DNA of 64,000 nucleotides from an uncultured Alphaproteobacteria bacterium (GTDB lineage Bacteria; Pseudomonadota; Alphaproteobacteria; RF32; CAG-239): NCBI GenBank assembly GCA_944393205.1, contig CALXZI010000003.1, positions 643 to 64,642 of the forward strand, read 5' to 3'. Shown piece by piece: positions 7,253 to 17,916 of this stretch (position 1 is its first letter; each line of letters starts with the position of its first letter). The notes under the pieces were generated by a model. It saw only the letters and a program-made list of their open reading frames with translations, ran no database searches and was not told where the DNA came from. The position numbers and the translations under genes were made by a program.

Positions 7253-10200
7253 TTATTCCCGCTCTTTGCCCTTGTAGATTCCCCACAATATATCTGCCAT
7301 ACTGTGCGGCTCAATTTCGCCGGCCGCAACGCCGACAAAATAACTCGCAGTGTCGGCAATCTGCCCGCCGGTCGGATAACCGGTTACCACCGCAAAACTG
7401 TTTAATGCGTTTTTGCTGATTTTCTGCCAATTCGGATCACCGTCAAACGCCTTGCCGATGGCATTTGCAAAATTGCCGAAATAATTGACCTGTCGCCCAA
7501 CGTTTGAACTGCCGCTGTTGTGATATTTCAAACCGCTGTAAACATCGCGCAATATAGGCACGCCGCCGATAAAGTAGCCAAAGACATTATCAAACAGCCA
7601 CGCAAACCAGCTGTCCTCATCGCCATCGGGCGCTTCGCCGCGCATCAGGCTATCAAGGCAGGACGGCAGCACAAACATTGCCATAAACCGTGCCGACAAA
7701 TCGGCGTATTCCTTGAAAGTTTTGGCGGTTTTAACATCGCGCGCCATTTGCACACTCGTTTGATAAAGCGCGGAAAAGAAACTGTAAAACATCGTAAGCG
7801 CCCGCCAGCCCTCATTTGCCCGCTGTATTGCCGCCGTATCTTTGGTTGAACCCGTGCCTTGTGAATTGAGCATGACCCTGTCCGCATAAAAAACAGCGTC
7901 CTCGTGATTCATCTTAAAATCAGTTGTCGCCTGCCGATAAGCCGCAACCCATGTAACGGTTGATACATAGTAATCCATATATCCGATTGCTTTATATGCC
8001 CATGCTTCTGCCTGCTCCTTAAAGGTCATATTCCCTGCGTTTTTCGTCAGCTCTTTAATTCGCTTGGCAATGCTGGCATCTTGATTTCCAAGCCTTGCCC
8101 GCAACTCACCGCTGCACGCCCGCGCCCAATCATACAGCTTTGGATTCGTCATCAATTCTTTGTGTGAAAGCGCAATGTAATACGCGCCGCCGTGCTGGCC
8201 ACCCTGTTTTTGCTTATGCTCCGTCATTGTGGCAATGCTTGAGAAAAAGCCCAACGGCTGCGACAAAGCTGTCGTTATTCTAAAGCCCAAACCGATAAGT
8301 GTTGCCCGCCGGCGAATAAACTGCAAACATTTTTCCCAGGCAGCCAGCCCGCGGGTTTCGCGGTTTGGCTCATTTCCCAGCATTTTCAAAAGGTCGTTTA
8401 TTCCCTCGCGGTATTCCTTGCCGATTGAGTTATCAAACATCTCTACAAATTCCGCATTGTTGGCCAACGTCCACAATTTTCTTAATGTTCCCCTGTAAGC
8501 CACATCGTGCAAAACCGTGTTGATATGTTGCGCCACATTCATTAAGCCCAGTTTTATCGGCGCATTAACTTTATTCAAGCGCTGTTTGGTATAACCCTTT
8601 GAGGTGGTCGCCACATTATAATCAGCGTCATAAAGTGCCGCCTTGGCTTCCATATCCGGTGAAAATTCCCGGTCGTAAACTATCGGGAAATACCCGCCGC
8701 GGTATTGTCCGTAATTTGTCTGCACCGGAATCGGAAAAACCTTGTCCATATCCAAGCCGCTCATTTTCTTGTGGTGTTCTTCAAGCATCGGATACATACT
8801 TTCCAAAACGTCCCAAATCGCCTGTATATAGTCCCAGTGTTCCTGTGTCAGATAGTTTTTTACCCAGTTTAATTGATTATCCGAAAAGCCGTTTCCGTCT
8901 TTTAAGCGCTGCAAATTGTCTTTATTACCCATATTAAGGCCGATTGTGATCAGGTCTTCAAGTGTGTATTTTCCGCCAAGACGCTGCTCGGCCTCCGGCA
9001 CATAATCACGCATTTTGGCTTTTGTTTCTTTGGACAATCCGGCCGTTAAATCGGCAATTTTGCTGGCATACTTAACTTTCAAATCATTTTCCAGTGTTTG
9101 CGCTTCGCTCAAAGGTCGCACAAACGTTTTATGAAAAACGCCGTTGGTATCGCCGCCGTCCACACGGTTGGCCAAATACCCAAGGCCGGTTAAAAAGCTG
9201 TCCATGCCGCGCCAGAATTTCGCGGCAGTTTCGCCAAAAGTTTTGCGGCTTGAACGTGATTTTGGCAGCAGTCCGAACTTTTTCAAGCTTTTGTTCATTT
9301 CCGCCAGAAGCGCTTCACGGTCAACCAGCTGCCCGGCAAGTTCAAATTCCTTAATGGCGCGCCCGTTGTGGATAAGACTTTTAACGCTGTCGGTCAGGCT
9401 TAAAAAATCATCAACCGTTAATTCCGTGTAATTGACACGGTTGATTTCGTGCAAAAACTTATCCGGCACCACAATTTCATAGCCGTTTTGCCGCTGCTCC
9501 ATTACCCACATGGCCAAATTTCCCAGCCGTTCTTTTTGCTTGGAATTGAGCGCCCGCGCCAAGTCAACCTTGCTCAACAAAGCCCGTGCCGCATCCTGAT
9601 AGGTCTGATCCACACCGGTATTGACTTCTTTTTTGCCAATCTGTTTAAGCCGCTTAACCGCTTTTTCCACCACATCAAGCTGCTTTTGCGCTTCACGGTA
9701 TAAATAAAAGTTTCTTATCTGCATTTCCTTTTGCCGATAAGCTTCATTGCGGTTGCCGCGCTCCATTGCCTGCAAAGCCTTGTCACCCGCTCTTTGTGCC
9801 TGTTCGGCGTATGCCTGCGGTTTAAGGTCTTTGATTGTCATATTTTCAATTTTATGACGTGCATAAGCATCGTATGCCTGCTCCAAAACGCTCTTTCGGC
9901 CAAGGCTTTTACCGATGGTGTTTAACTCAAACCGCAAAAGGCTGGCCTGTTTATCGTTATAAATGCTTGCCACCACCTGTTTTTGCACATTGTCATAGCT
10001 CACCGGGTCGCCCAATTCTTCGTGCGTGCGCCTGTCGAGCATTTCTTTATACTTGCGCACACGTTTACGCGCCGACAACAAAGTCCCTTTCAGCTCTTCC
10101 GGCGTTAACCCGACAAAATCGGCAACAGTCTGTAAATCCATACCATCGGCCGCATAAATGGCCTTTCCGTCCCGTTTGGGCAGTCCGGTCAAATCATCAC

Positions 10201-13200
10201 CGAACAAATCGCGCATTTCCGCTTCATTCAGCGTTATTTCTCCAACATCAATATCGCCAACCTTGCCGCGGTATATGGCATAAAGCGCGCGGTTGTATTT
10301 GTCTTCGCACCACTCGTTACGCACCAGCGCGGCCAAACGCTCTTTCTCTTTGGCATAAGCTTCCTGCTCTTCACGGTAAATAAACAGCATTTTATCGTTA
10401 AAATGTTTGTTTTGCGCCAAAGTCAGCGAACTTTCAGCCATTTCCCTGTATTTTTCAAAATCTTTGTCGCTCAATCCGAAAGTATCGGCGCGGTCAAACA
10501 TTTCTTTCAATCTGTTTGCCTGCCGGTATTCCTCAATTTCCGCTTCGCTGGCCAACATATGGTCAAACACGCGCACAACATCGTCATTCAAATCAACATC
10601 AAGCTCTTTCACATCTTTATAAATACCTGCCAGCCACCGCCGGAAAGTATCAAACAGTTGTGCCAGTCGCGAGCTTGGCGCTTTGCGCGTCATAAAATAA
10701 GCCTCCACACCACGGGCAAATTTTTCGTGCTGTTCGGTTGATATGGTATTATCATCGCTCACGCCGAGCCAGTCTTTAATTGTTGCCCAGTCCTGCCGCA
10801 GCTTGTCGCTGGCCTTGTCTGTTTGTGCAACTTGGCTCAAAACATCAAGCCACCAGTGGCCTGTTTCATGTATGATTGTGCTTAAATTGTGGCCTCGGAA
10901 AAGCACAATTTTACGCTCCAGCGGAATATATGCCCCCAGTGCGTCCGTCCCGACTTCCTGATAAAGACGATAATTATTTTCCGGATCTACTTTGATTGTA
11001 TTAAAAAGCTTGTCAAAAGCGGCGTTGATATTGTTTCGTTCCGTTTCGTTTGCCGGATAAATCTGCACATCAAAGTCGCCAATATTAACCGTTCCGCCCT
11101 CTCTTTGTGCTTTTCCGAGCGCCGACAGATATTCTATCATATCAAAAACGCTGCCTTTGGCGTGTCCGGCCAGAAAATAATTATACCAGCCGTTACCGCT
11201 TATTTTATCCTGTATATAACTGGCAAAAGCGCGTGCGCCTAATTCCGTTCTTTCAGTCCAGTAATTTGCCCCATGGCCTTTGGCTATTTTGTTCAGGCGT
11301 TGTGCTTTGGTTACATATTCGCTTGCTTTTTTCCAAGCATTGCTTGCTTCATCAAGCTTGTTTAACTGTTTTAGGTGATACAGCAGATTCATAAATATTC
11401 CCGCCAAATCAGCCGTTCGGCGGCGCGGTTCTACCATGTTTTGCATTTTTTCAACATAGCTTTGAAACTGGCTGTCATCATAATTCTTATCAAGCGCCAC
11501 CAGCCCGTCAATATATTCGGCAATTTCCGCCGCGTTTTTAGCTCGTGCAAATTTGTTTTTTATTTCCTTTGCCCTGTAATCAATATTATAACGTATTTGT
11601 TTTTCACGCGCGCTGCGGCGGCGTTCCAAATCCGCGTCATCAATATCGGCGGTTGCAATCGTATCATAAAGCTGACGGATTGCCTCGTATGTTTCAGTTC
11701 GCAAATTTCCCTGCGCACTCAATTCCAGCGCCGGCGTGCCGCTAAAATCTTTATTAAGCGCCTGATCGCCAAAATAATAATCCAGCGCGTGCCACCATTC
11801 GTGCGCCAAAGAGCCGGCACCGTTTTTGCGCGTTAGGTTTATTTCGTTAAATTCGGGAATAAAATGCCCCGCCGCCGAAGAGCGCCCCTGCGCACCAAAA
11901 GCCAAACCGAGTTTACCCTCAAGCCCGATTGCCCGCGGCGGTATTCCTAATATTTCGGACATATCAAGCATGCTGTCATAAGTCAAATTCAAAAATTCCT
12001 GCCGTTCCTGTTGCTTTGTCCAGTTACCAAAATTTATGCCCCTGAATCCAAACGTATCAACCAAGGCTTGCGCATTGACGTTTTGGCCGTTTTCGCGCCG
12101 CGGTAAACCTTTCCGCATGTCGGAAAAATCAACGACATCGCCGCCCTGATTCAAATACGGCAAAACCCGTTGGTAAAGCTGTTCGGCAAAATTATACGCC
12201 TCTTCATAGGTGGTAAAACTCAAATTGCGCGAATAGATTGCCGCCGACTTGGCATCCGCAACAAAATAAGTGCCGTCATAGGATTTATGCACCTGAAAAT
12301 ACTTATGCCAAACCGGCTGTTGCGCTGCTGTTGTCGCGTCCGTTTCGTTATCAGCCTTTTTGTCGCTTTCAACAGCCTTGGCCAATTCATCAATTTTCGG
12401 CAGATCATAACGGCTTATCATCATACTGTTGATAAACTTGTTACCGCCGGCAATCAAAGCTTCGCTGTTATATTCTTTATTGCCCCTGAAAATCCGGCCA
12501 ATAACCGTTTCATCGCTTGGAAACACGGCGTGCAATATATCGTTGTTTTGCGCCATATCAACCGTCCAAGCGTTTATTTCGCTTATGTGTGCTTTGGCAT
12601 ATTCAACCGTTTTTTCCATTGTCCGTTGCACAATATCAAAATAGCGCTTTTGATTTTGCAGCGTTTCAGCATAACCTTTGGCCGGTTTGGCGTTAATGGA
12701 ACTATACACAAACAGCACCACCGCCGCGGCGCGGCCGCTTAAACCCTGTTCGCGCAAAGCTTCAATAGACGGCCTCGGGTAAATATAATTTTTTGTAACG
12801 TATTTTTTGCGTAACAAATCATTCATGTTTTCCAGTTCTGCCCAACTGTAAACCTTATGATCGCGCTTCAAATTGCCAAGCAAACTGTCCCCGACATCCT
12901 CAATCTGCTTGGTCGGCACATAGATTTTATCAATTTTCTTTGCCGCCGTGCTGAACAGAGGCAAATCTTTTTTGACATTCTTGTTTTTTTCGGCCAAAGA
13001 AAACAAATCATCAACCTGCTGCCGAACGCTCAAAGGAATAGGTTTTGTATTGTTGACATTATTTTGCGCCGTATTGAACAAATCGCCGGTCAAATTATCA
13101 CCACGCTGGCGCTGATAATAAATCTTGTCTGTTGTCCGGCTGAAACTCCCGCGATTATAGATAGATTTTATTTGATTAGGGGTTATAACAAAATAAGTAT

Positions 13201-16200
13201 CGCCATCAATAACACCATCGTGTATATCAGGATCAAACTCTTTTGCGCTATATGCAGGATTCTTTATATCAAGATAAACAGCCATAACGTTGTTTTGCCC
13301 AATGCCCCGTCCTTTTCCCGTAAAACCATAAGCATATCGTTCAGCCCTTTTTTCGTCTGATGTAAAATAAAACCCGTTTCCATATTTGGCCTGGCCGGTT
13401 TTACTTTTTCCTTTTGATAAATCAAAAACATCAAATTCCGTATTTGTCCCATGATAAACCACCAGCGGCCGGCCGTTTTCATCCACAACTTTGCTGTCGC
13501 CAAACCATTCATAAAAGGCGCGCAGCCCCTCTTCGGTGCGGGCAATCCGCTCCCCGGCGCTGTTGCGCACGGCCTTTTCTTTACCGTCAATTTGGATAGT
13601 TTCCGCCGCATAGGTATTGACAAATTTAATCAAATCATCTATACTTATATTGTTACCGCTGGAAACTGCGGATTTATCCGCGGTGAGATTGCCAAAGGCA
13701 TCTACGGCGGTATTTTTTCTGCCCACTTTCAAATCATACGCGGCCAAATCAGTGCCGCCATTGTTTTCAATTTCAATATCAGTAAGCTCCAACCTTTTGT
13801 TGGCCATTTCCTTAACCGTTATTTTCACCATAAACGTTTCGCCATCGGAAACAATCTCGTTGGCATAACGGCGGATTCTGTTTTTCGTTCCGTGCTTGGC
13901 ATCCGGTGTGGTTTTTATCAATAGAGCCGTGTCAAAAATACGCCCGATGTTGGCAATGCACTCTTTGCCTAATATGCCGCCAATGTTTCCATCTTGGCGG
14001 CTGCGGGTTGTATCAAACATTTTACTGATAGCACTGTTGGAAAGTGTTGCTGTTTCGCCGGTAGCGCTGTTTTTAAGCACGCGCACGCCGTTTTTGTTTT
14101 TGCCGACATTTGCATCCACCGCCACCATCACTTCATCAATACTGATTTCTTTGCTGCTTTTATGGTTAGCAAAAAAGCGGTTGATTTCAACCGCTTTCAC
14201 TTTTTCGTTTTCTCTTCCTTTAAGTTCGGGATTGATGTCTTTTCGCTCAAAGGCCAGCCTTTCGGCATCAATCCTGCTTATTTTTTCGGCAATATCCAAA
14301 GCTTCCTTAGGCAGCTGAAATAAAGCACCTTGCACGCTTATCATTTCCAAAAGCTGCAACTTTGTCATCGGCTCAGTCGCAAACATGCTTCCCTGTTCCA
14401 AATCACCTTGGTCGCTGGCATTGTGAATATAATTCAGCATCTTGTTAAGGAAATCGGCCGCGCCGCTTGTATTTTCAAAGAGTTGCACCATTGCTTGCGT
14501 GCTTGAGGAAATCGGACTTTCAAACATATCTGTCATTTTTATAAAGTCGGTTGCGCCAACGCCCTTGTCTTTTGCCCGTTTCAACACTTCCACCGCACCG
14601 GCCACATCCGCCGCAATAGAATAATCGGCACTAACCCTGCCGGCCGCAATATCATTTTCAAAACCGATAATTGCCGGCGCAGCTTTGGCCAACGATTTTG
14701 TAACCTTTCTTATGTTATTATCCGGGTTTTCAACCAACACCGACAAAAAGCGCGCATCCGGCAAAAGCTTAGCCACAAGCGCGTTTTCCACCCGTTCAAC
14801 ACCTTTGCGCGTAATCTTGTCGTCCTTGTCCAAATAAGCGTTACGCTCTGCCGTCGGCACAACTTCCGCAAAAAATCCGTTCAAAAAGCGCTTATTCGCC
14901 GCGCTGTCAATATCTGCGTCAATATCCAACAGATCAATCAGGTTGCCGCTCATTTTGGCCGCATCACGCAGGGCGTTTTCGCTGTCGGAATACTGCATTG
15001 TGCCGGAAGTGTTGGCATCGTCTACCAGCGCTTTCAGCTGCTCGCTGTTCATATCCATTGTCAACCGCCGCACCAATACCGGCCGGGAAAATCCGGTTAG
15101 GTCAAAACCTTTGGCCGTCAGATAATCTTTATATCTCTGCGCCGCCGGCTCATTGTTATAAACCTGCCTTATAGCCATGGCGCGGCCATTACCAACGGCA
15201 ACAAACCCCTCTTTGGTAACAATCGGCGCACCCTCTGTGGCAATTTCCGCCCGTGCGACCCGTTCCGGTGCAAAATTGTTAACAATATTTACAATCTGCA
15301 TATCGCTGGCCGAACGTGAACGGTCGCGCGGCTGCAGCTCTTGCGGATAATTCGCATTAACCGCGCCGGCATCATCGTGAGAAGTTACCATATCGTTAAG
15401 CTCAACAATTTCGTAGTTTACCGGCACGCGGCCGCCGCCCACCAGCACATAATCACCGCCGCCGGTTGTCGCCTGAATATCGGCAAGCGCTGTTTCACTG
15501 GCGGAATACAAACCGCTTTTTGCCCTGTCGGCATCATCGCGCTTTATGTCAAGCTTCAATTCACCGCTTTTGGTATATTCGGCCAAATGGTTGATAATGT
15601 CTTCATCGCTCATACCCTCAATATTCAGCTTCATATCCGATATGGCGTTGACAATCTGCACATATTTTTTTACATCCGCCGTGTTTGGGTTGTCAATTTT
15701 GGATAAGAGCAGTTTTTTAATTGCGTTAATATCTTTGCGCGCGATTCTCTTGGAAACATTGATAAGATTTTTTGTTTCGTTGCTTATGGCCTCATCGCGC
15801 ACCGCTTGGATAATACCCTGCACATTCGCGTCCGATCCAACCTCGCCATTGAGCGAAACTTCAAATTGCGGAGCATATCGGTTGACAAACTCCTGTATGT
15901 TTGTATTGCTCTGTTCGGCCATATAACACATCAAACCGGCGGCAAGTTCGGCCTGTTCGCGCCGCGGCTGGTCGGATATTCCGGCGTATGCGGAATTTTC
16001 CAACACCATTTTATAAGCATATTCAAAATCCGCGTCTTTTCTGGCCGCCCGCTTTTGCCCCTCTGCCAGCCAGTTGGCGCGGCGTTGCTCTTTTTCTCTG
16101 ATTTCCTTTAAGGTAACGCCGTCCTCATAGGTTTTGACAACATCTTTCCAAGCGGCATACAGTTCAGGGCTTGGCATAACCTTTTCGCCAAAATCGGCAA

Positions 16201-17905
16201 AACCTATTCTAACCGGTGCCCCCAGTGTTTCGCCCTCGGATATTTGCCGCTCCATATCTGCCCACAAGCCGTTTTTGGTTAACGCCTCTTTGTTTTTCTG
16301 CATAGCCTCTGAAAGCATTAACGCCTTTGCATCCTCAACATTTACAAAAATATCCTGATAAATGCTTTGCCGTCTTGTCCTTTGAAAAAGAGCATTAAGC
16401 GTTTTCGGTTCAAAAGCGGGGCTTTCGGCGTATGCCTGCACCTGCTTTTGTGTATTATCAAGTATTTGCATATCGGCTTTGGCTTTTGTTTCCTTAACTC
16501 TGCTGTGCAAAGCCCGCTGCTGGCGGATTGCCGCATATCCGGCACGCGCCGCGGTTGGCACACCGGCCATAACAATGCTTGCTTTTGCGCCCTGTATTCC
16601 GGCTTCGCCGGCTTCTGCAAAGTCCTCAATCAACCCGTCAACAAAATCATCCGCCTCGTAATTATCCCCACGATACATACGGGCAAAATCTTTAGCCGTC
16701 CGCTCAACACCGGATTGCAAAAGCTGCTGCATAAACTCTTCCGCACCCTCCGAGGCAATCGCACCGGTAAAATCTTTGGCAATTTTAACAAATATCTCTC
16801 TTTTGGTTTTGTCTTTAATGGCTTCCTTAATGGCACTTTTCAAGCCTATTCTGGTAATATTGCCCAGCCCGAAAGCCTTGAGCATTCCCTCTGCGCCGAT
16901 TTGCTCAATCGCCGAAGAAAACCCGCCGTAAAAACGACTTGCCACGTCCACAATATCATCATCAAGCGGTTTACCATCTTCATCTTTTATCCGCAGAAGT
17001 TCACGCGCCATACTGCCGGATTCCGCCTTATATCCGTTATAAAGCGCCGCTGCACGTCCGGCAATATTTCCGGCATATCCGGCCACCACCGCGCCGGCCG
17101 GCGAGGCGGCAAGACCGGCCACCGCACCGCCGACAGTTCCGGCAGCCATCGCACCCGTGGTTCTGATTTGATAAGGTAACTGCTCCACCGCATTAAGCGT
17201 TAAGTCGCCAATACTCCAACCGCTTGTGTCCAATTCCGGCATATCTTCAAGTTTGGCTTCCGCCTCTTGCAGCAACCGCAGTTTTTCAGCGCGCTCTGCG
17301 CCGCTTGTTCCAATCAAATCATAAGCCAGCTCGTTGGTTTCAAAATCCTGTTCGGCGCGGTCAAAGGTATATTTTGCTCTGGCCAAGCGGCCGGATATGC
17401 CGGTTTTCCCCTCCGCCTGCCCGTATATAACCATATTATCGTTAATTCTGGCCAGTTGCGCCGCCGAAACATCATCCAACTTAGCCAGCAGTGTCTGGTC
17501 ATCAATGCACATATCCGCCAAATTGCTGCAATATCGTATATGCCGTTCTTTTTCTTGCTCTTTACGATGTTTTTCAAATTCATCAAGATTATCATAAACA
17601 AGGTCATAATCCTTAAAACCCAAAGCATCAGCCGTTTTAACCGCGTGCAGATAACGCGCCGGGTTGGCATCTGCGCGGGCAATCAGGCCTTGTGCAAGTT
17701 TTTGTTCGTTTTCGCGGTTGATGTTTTCAAAAACACTGTCCGCAATACTTTCGCTTGCCCGTGCATTAAAATCATTCCGCTGCTGCTCTACCGTTCCCAA
17801 TTTTGGTGCAACCCATGAATCCTTAACTTCTTTGACATCTTCAAGTCTTTGGATCGGTGCGGACAAAGACTGGTTTTGATTTTGCATAAATTTATTATCT
17901 GGCAT
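7253..17905 (-). CDS. Giant polyvalent internal virion/ejection protein (3550 aa) at the gp16 position; multidomain with toxin-like modules
   Basis: Single uninterrupted ORF. aa ~1484-1530 VVYHGTNTEF...GNGFYFTSDEKRAERYAYGF resembles diphtheria toxin YHGTKPG...KGFYSTDNKYDAAGYS (H-Y-E ART class). Two HExxH motifs: LAHEWWHALDYYF at aa 2035 and IIHETGHWWLD at aa 2346. Gly/Ala-zipper hydrophobic segment at aa ~250-292. Confidence 0.85.
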   Translation of the reverse strand: MPDNKFMQNQNQSLSAPIQRLEDVKEVKDSWVAPKLGTVEQQRNDFNARASESIADSVFENINRENEQKLAQGLIARADANPARYLHAVKTADALGFKDYDLVYDNLDEFEKHRKEQEKERHIRYCSNLADMCIDDQTLLAKLDDVSAAQLARINDNMVIYGQAEGKTGISGRLARAKYTFDRAEQDFETNELAYDLIGTSGAERAEKLRLLQEAEAKLEDMPELDTSGWSIGDLTLNAVEQLPYQIRTTGAMAAGTVGGAVAGLAASPAGAVVAGYAGNIAGRAAALYNGYKAESGSMARELLRIKDEDGKPLDDDIVDVASRFYGGFSSAIEQIGAEGMLKAFGLGNITRIGLKSAIKEAIKDKTKREIFVKIAKDFTGAIASEGAEEFMQQLLQSGVERTAKDFARMYRGDNYEADDFVDGLIEDFAEAGEAGIQGAKASIVMAGVPTAARAGYAAIRQQRALHSRVKETKAKADMQILDNTQKQVQAYAESPAFEPKTLNALFQRTRRQSIYQDIFVNVEDAKALMLSEAMQKNKEALTKNGLWADMERQISEGETLGAPVRIGFADFGEKVMPSPELYAAWKDVVKTYEDGVTLKEIREKEQRRANWLAEGQKRAARKDADFEYAYKMVLENSAYAGISDQPRREQAELAAGLMCYMAEQSNTNIQEFVNRYAPQFEVSLNGEVGSDANVQGIIQAVRDEAISNETKNLINVSKRIARKDINAIKKLLLSKIDNPNTADVKKYVQIVNAISDMKLNIEGMSDEDIINHLAEYTKSGELKLDIKRDDADRAKSGLYSASETALADIQATTGGGDYVLVGGGRVPVNYEIVELNDMVTSHDDAGAVNANYPQELQPRDRSRSASDMQIVNIVNNFAPERVARAEIATEGAPIVTKEGFVAVGNGRAMAIRQVYNNEPAAQRYKDYLTAKGFDLTGFSRPVLVRRLTMDMNSEQLKALVDDANTSGTMQYSDSENALRDAAKMSGNLIDLLDIDADIDSAANKRFLNGFFAEVVPTAERNAYLDKDDKITRKGVERVENALVAKLLPDARFLSVLVENPDNNIRKVTKSLAKAAPAIIGFENDIAAGRVSADYSIAADVAGAVEVLKRAKDKGVGATDFIKMTDMFESPISSSTQAMVQLFENTSGAADFLNKMLNYIHNASDQGDLEQGSMFATEPMTKLQLLEMISVQGALFQLPKEALDIAEKISRIDAERLAFERKDINPELKGRENEKVKAVEINRFFANHKSSKEISIDEVMVAVDANVGKNKNGVRVLKNSATGETATLSNSAISKMFDTTRSRQDGNIGGILGKECIANIGRIFDTALLIKTTPDAKHGTKNRIRRYANEIVSDGETFMVKITVKEMANKRLELTDIEIENNGGTDLAAYDLKVGRKNTAVDAFGNLTADKSAVSSGNNISIDDLIKFVNTYAAETIQIDGKEKAVRNSAGERIARTEEGLRAFYEWFGDSKVVDENGRPLVVYHGTNTEFDVFDLSKGKSKTGQAKYGNGFYFTSDEKRAERYAYGFTGKGRGIGQNNVMAVYLDIKNPAYSAKEFDPDIHDGVIDGDTYFVITPNQIKSIYNRGSFSRTTDKIYYQRQRGDNLTGDLFNTAQNNVNNTKPIPLSVRQQVDDLFSLAEKNKNVKKDLPLFSTAAKKIDKIYVPTKQIEDVGDSLLGNLKRDHKVYSWAELENMNDLLRKKYVTKNYIYPRPSIEALREQGLSGRAAAVVLFVYSSINAKPAKGYAETLQNQKRYFDIVQRTMEKTVEYAKAHISEINAWTVDMAQNNDILHAVFPSDETVIGRIFRGNKEYNSEALIAGGNKFINSMMISRYDLPKIDELAKAVESDKKADNETDATTAAQQPVWHKYFQVHKSYDGTYFVADAKSAAIYSRNLSFTTYEEAYNFAEQLYQRVLPYLNQGGDVVDFSDMRKGLPRRENGQNVNAQALVDTFGFRGINFGNWTKQQERQEFLNLTYDSMLDMSEILGIPPRAIGLEGKLGLAFGAQGRSSAAGHFIPEFNEINLTRKNGAGSLAHEWWHALDYYFGDQALNKDFSGTPALELSAQGNLRTETYEAIRQLYDTIATADIDDADLERRRSAREKQIRYNIDYRAKEIKNKFARAKNAAEIAEYIDGLVALDKNYDDSQFQSYVEKMQNMVEPRRRTADLAGIFMNLLYHLKQLNKLDEASNAWKKASEYVTKAQRLNKIAKGHGANYWTERTELGARAFASYIQDKISGNGWYNYFLAGHAKGSVFDMIEYLSALGKAQREGGTVNIGDFDVQIYPANETERNNINAAFDKLFNTIKVDPENNYRLYQEVGTDALGAYIPLERKIVLFRGHNLSTIIHETGHWWLDVLSQVAQTDKASDKLRQDWATIKDWLGVSDDNTISTEQHEKFARGVEAYFMTRKAPSSRLAQLFDTFRRWLAGIYKDVKELDVDLNDDVVRVFDHMLASEAEIEEYRQANRLKEMFDRADTFGLSDKDFEKYREMAESSLTLAQNKHFNDKMLFIYREEQEAYAKEKERLAALVRNEWCEDKYNRALYAIYRGKVGDIDVGEITLNEAEMRDLFGDDLTGLPKRDGKAIYAADGMDLQTVADFVGLTPEELKGTLLSARKRVRKYKEMLDRRTHEELGDPVSYDNVQKQVVASIYNDKQASLLRFELNTIGKSLGRKSVLEQAYDAYARHKIENMTIKDLKPQAYAEQAQRAGDKALQAMERGNRNEAYRQKEMQIRNFYLYREAQKQLDVVEKAVKRLKQIGKKEVNTGVDQTYQDAARALLSKVDLARALNSKQKERLGNLAMWVMEQRQNGYEIVVPDKFLHEINRVNYTELTVDDFLSLTDSVKSLIHNGRAIKEFELAGQLVDREALLAEMNKSLKKFGLLPKSRSSRKTFGETAAKFWRGMDSFLTGLGYLANRVDGGDTNGVFHKTFVRPLSEAQTLENDLKVKYASKIADLTAGLSKETKAKMRDYVPEAEQRLGGKYTLEDLITIGLNMGNKDNLQRLKDGNGFSDNQLNWVKNYLTQEHWDYIQAIWDVLESMYPMLEEHHKKMSGLDMDKVFPIPVQTNYGQYRGGYFPIVYDREFSPDMEAKAALYDADYNVATTSKGYTKQRLNKVNAPIKLGLMNVAQHINTVLHDVAYRGTLRKLWTLANNAEFVEMFDNSIGKEYREGINDLLKMLGNEPNRETRGLAAWEKCLQFIRRRATLIGLGFRITTALSQPLGFFSSIATMTEHKQKQGGQHGGAYYIALSHKELMTNPKLYDWARACSGELRARLGNQDASIAKRIKELTKNAGNMTFKEQAEAWAYKAIGYMDYYVSTVTWVAAYRQATTDFKMNHEDAVFYADRVMLNSQGTGSTKDTAAIQRANEGWRALTMFYSFFSALYQTSVQMARDVKTAKTFKEYADLSARFMAMFVLPSCLDSLMRGEAPDGDEDSWFAWLFDNVFGYFIGGVPILRDVYSGLKYHNSGSSNVGRQVNYFGNFANAIGKAFDGDPNWQKISKNALNSFAVVTGYPTGGQIADTASYFVGVAAGEIEPHSMADILWGIYKGKERE

Positions 17906-17916
17906 TTGTTGTGCTC

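Noticed and set aside
7520-17879. Dozens of + strand ORFs (60-270 aa; e.g. 12170-12742, 16367-17179, 17267-17818) inside the giant gene region
   Set aside because: They are antisense to one uninterrupted 3550-codon ORF in GC-rich DNA. Their translations are low-complexity and lack motifs. The - strand ORF is coherent across 10.6 kb.
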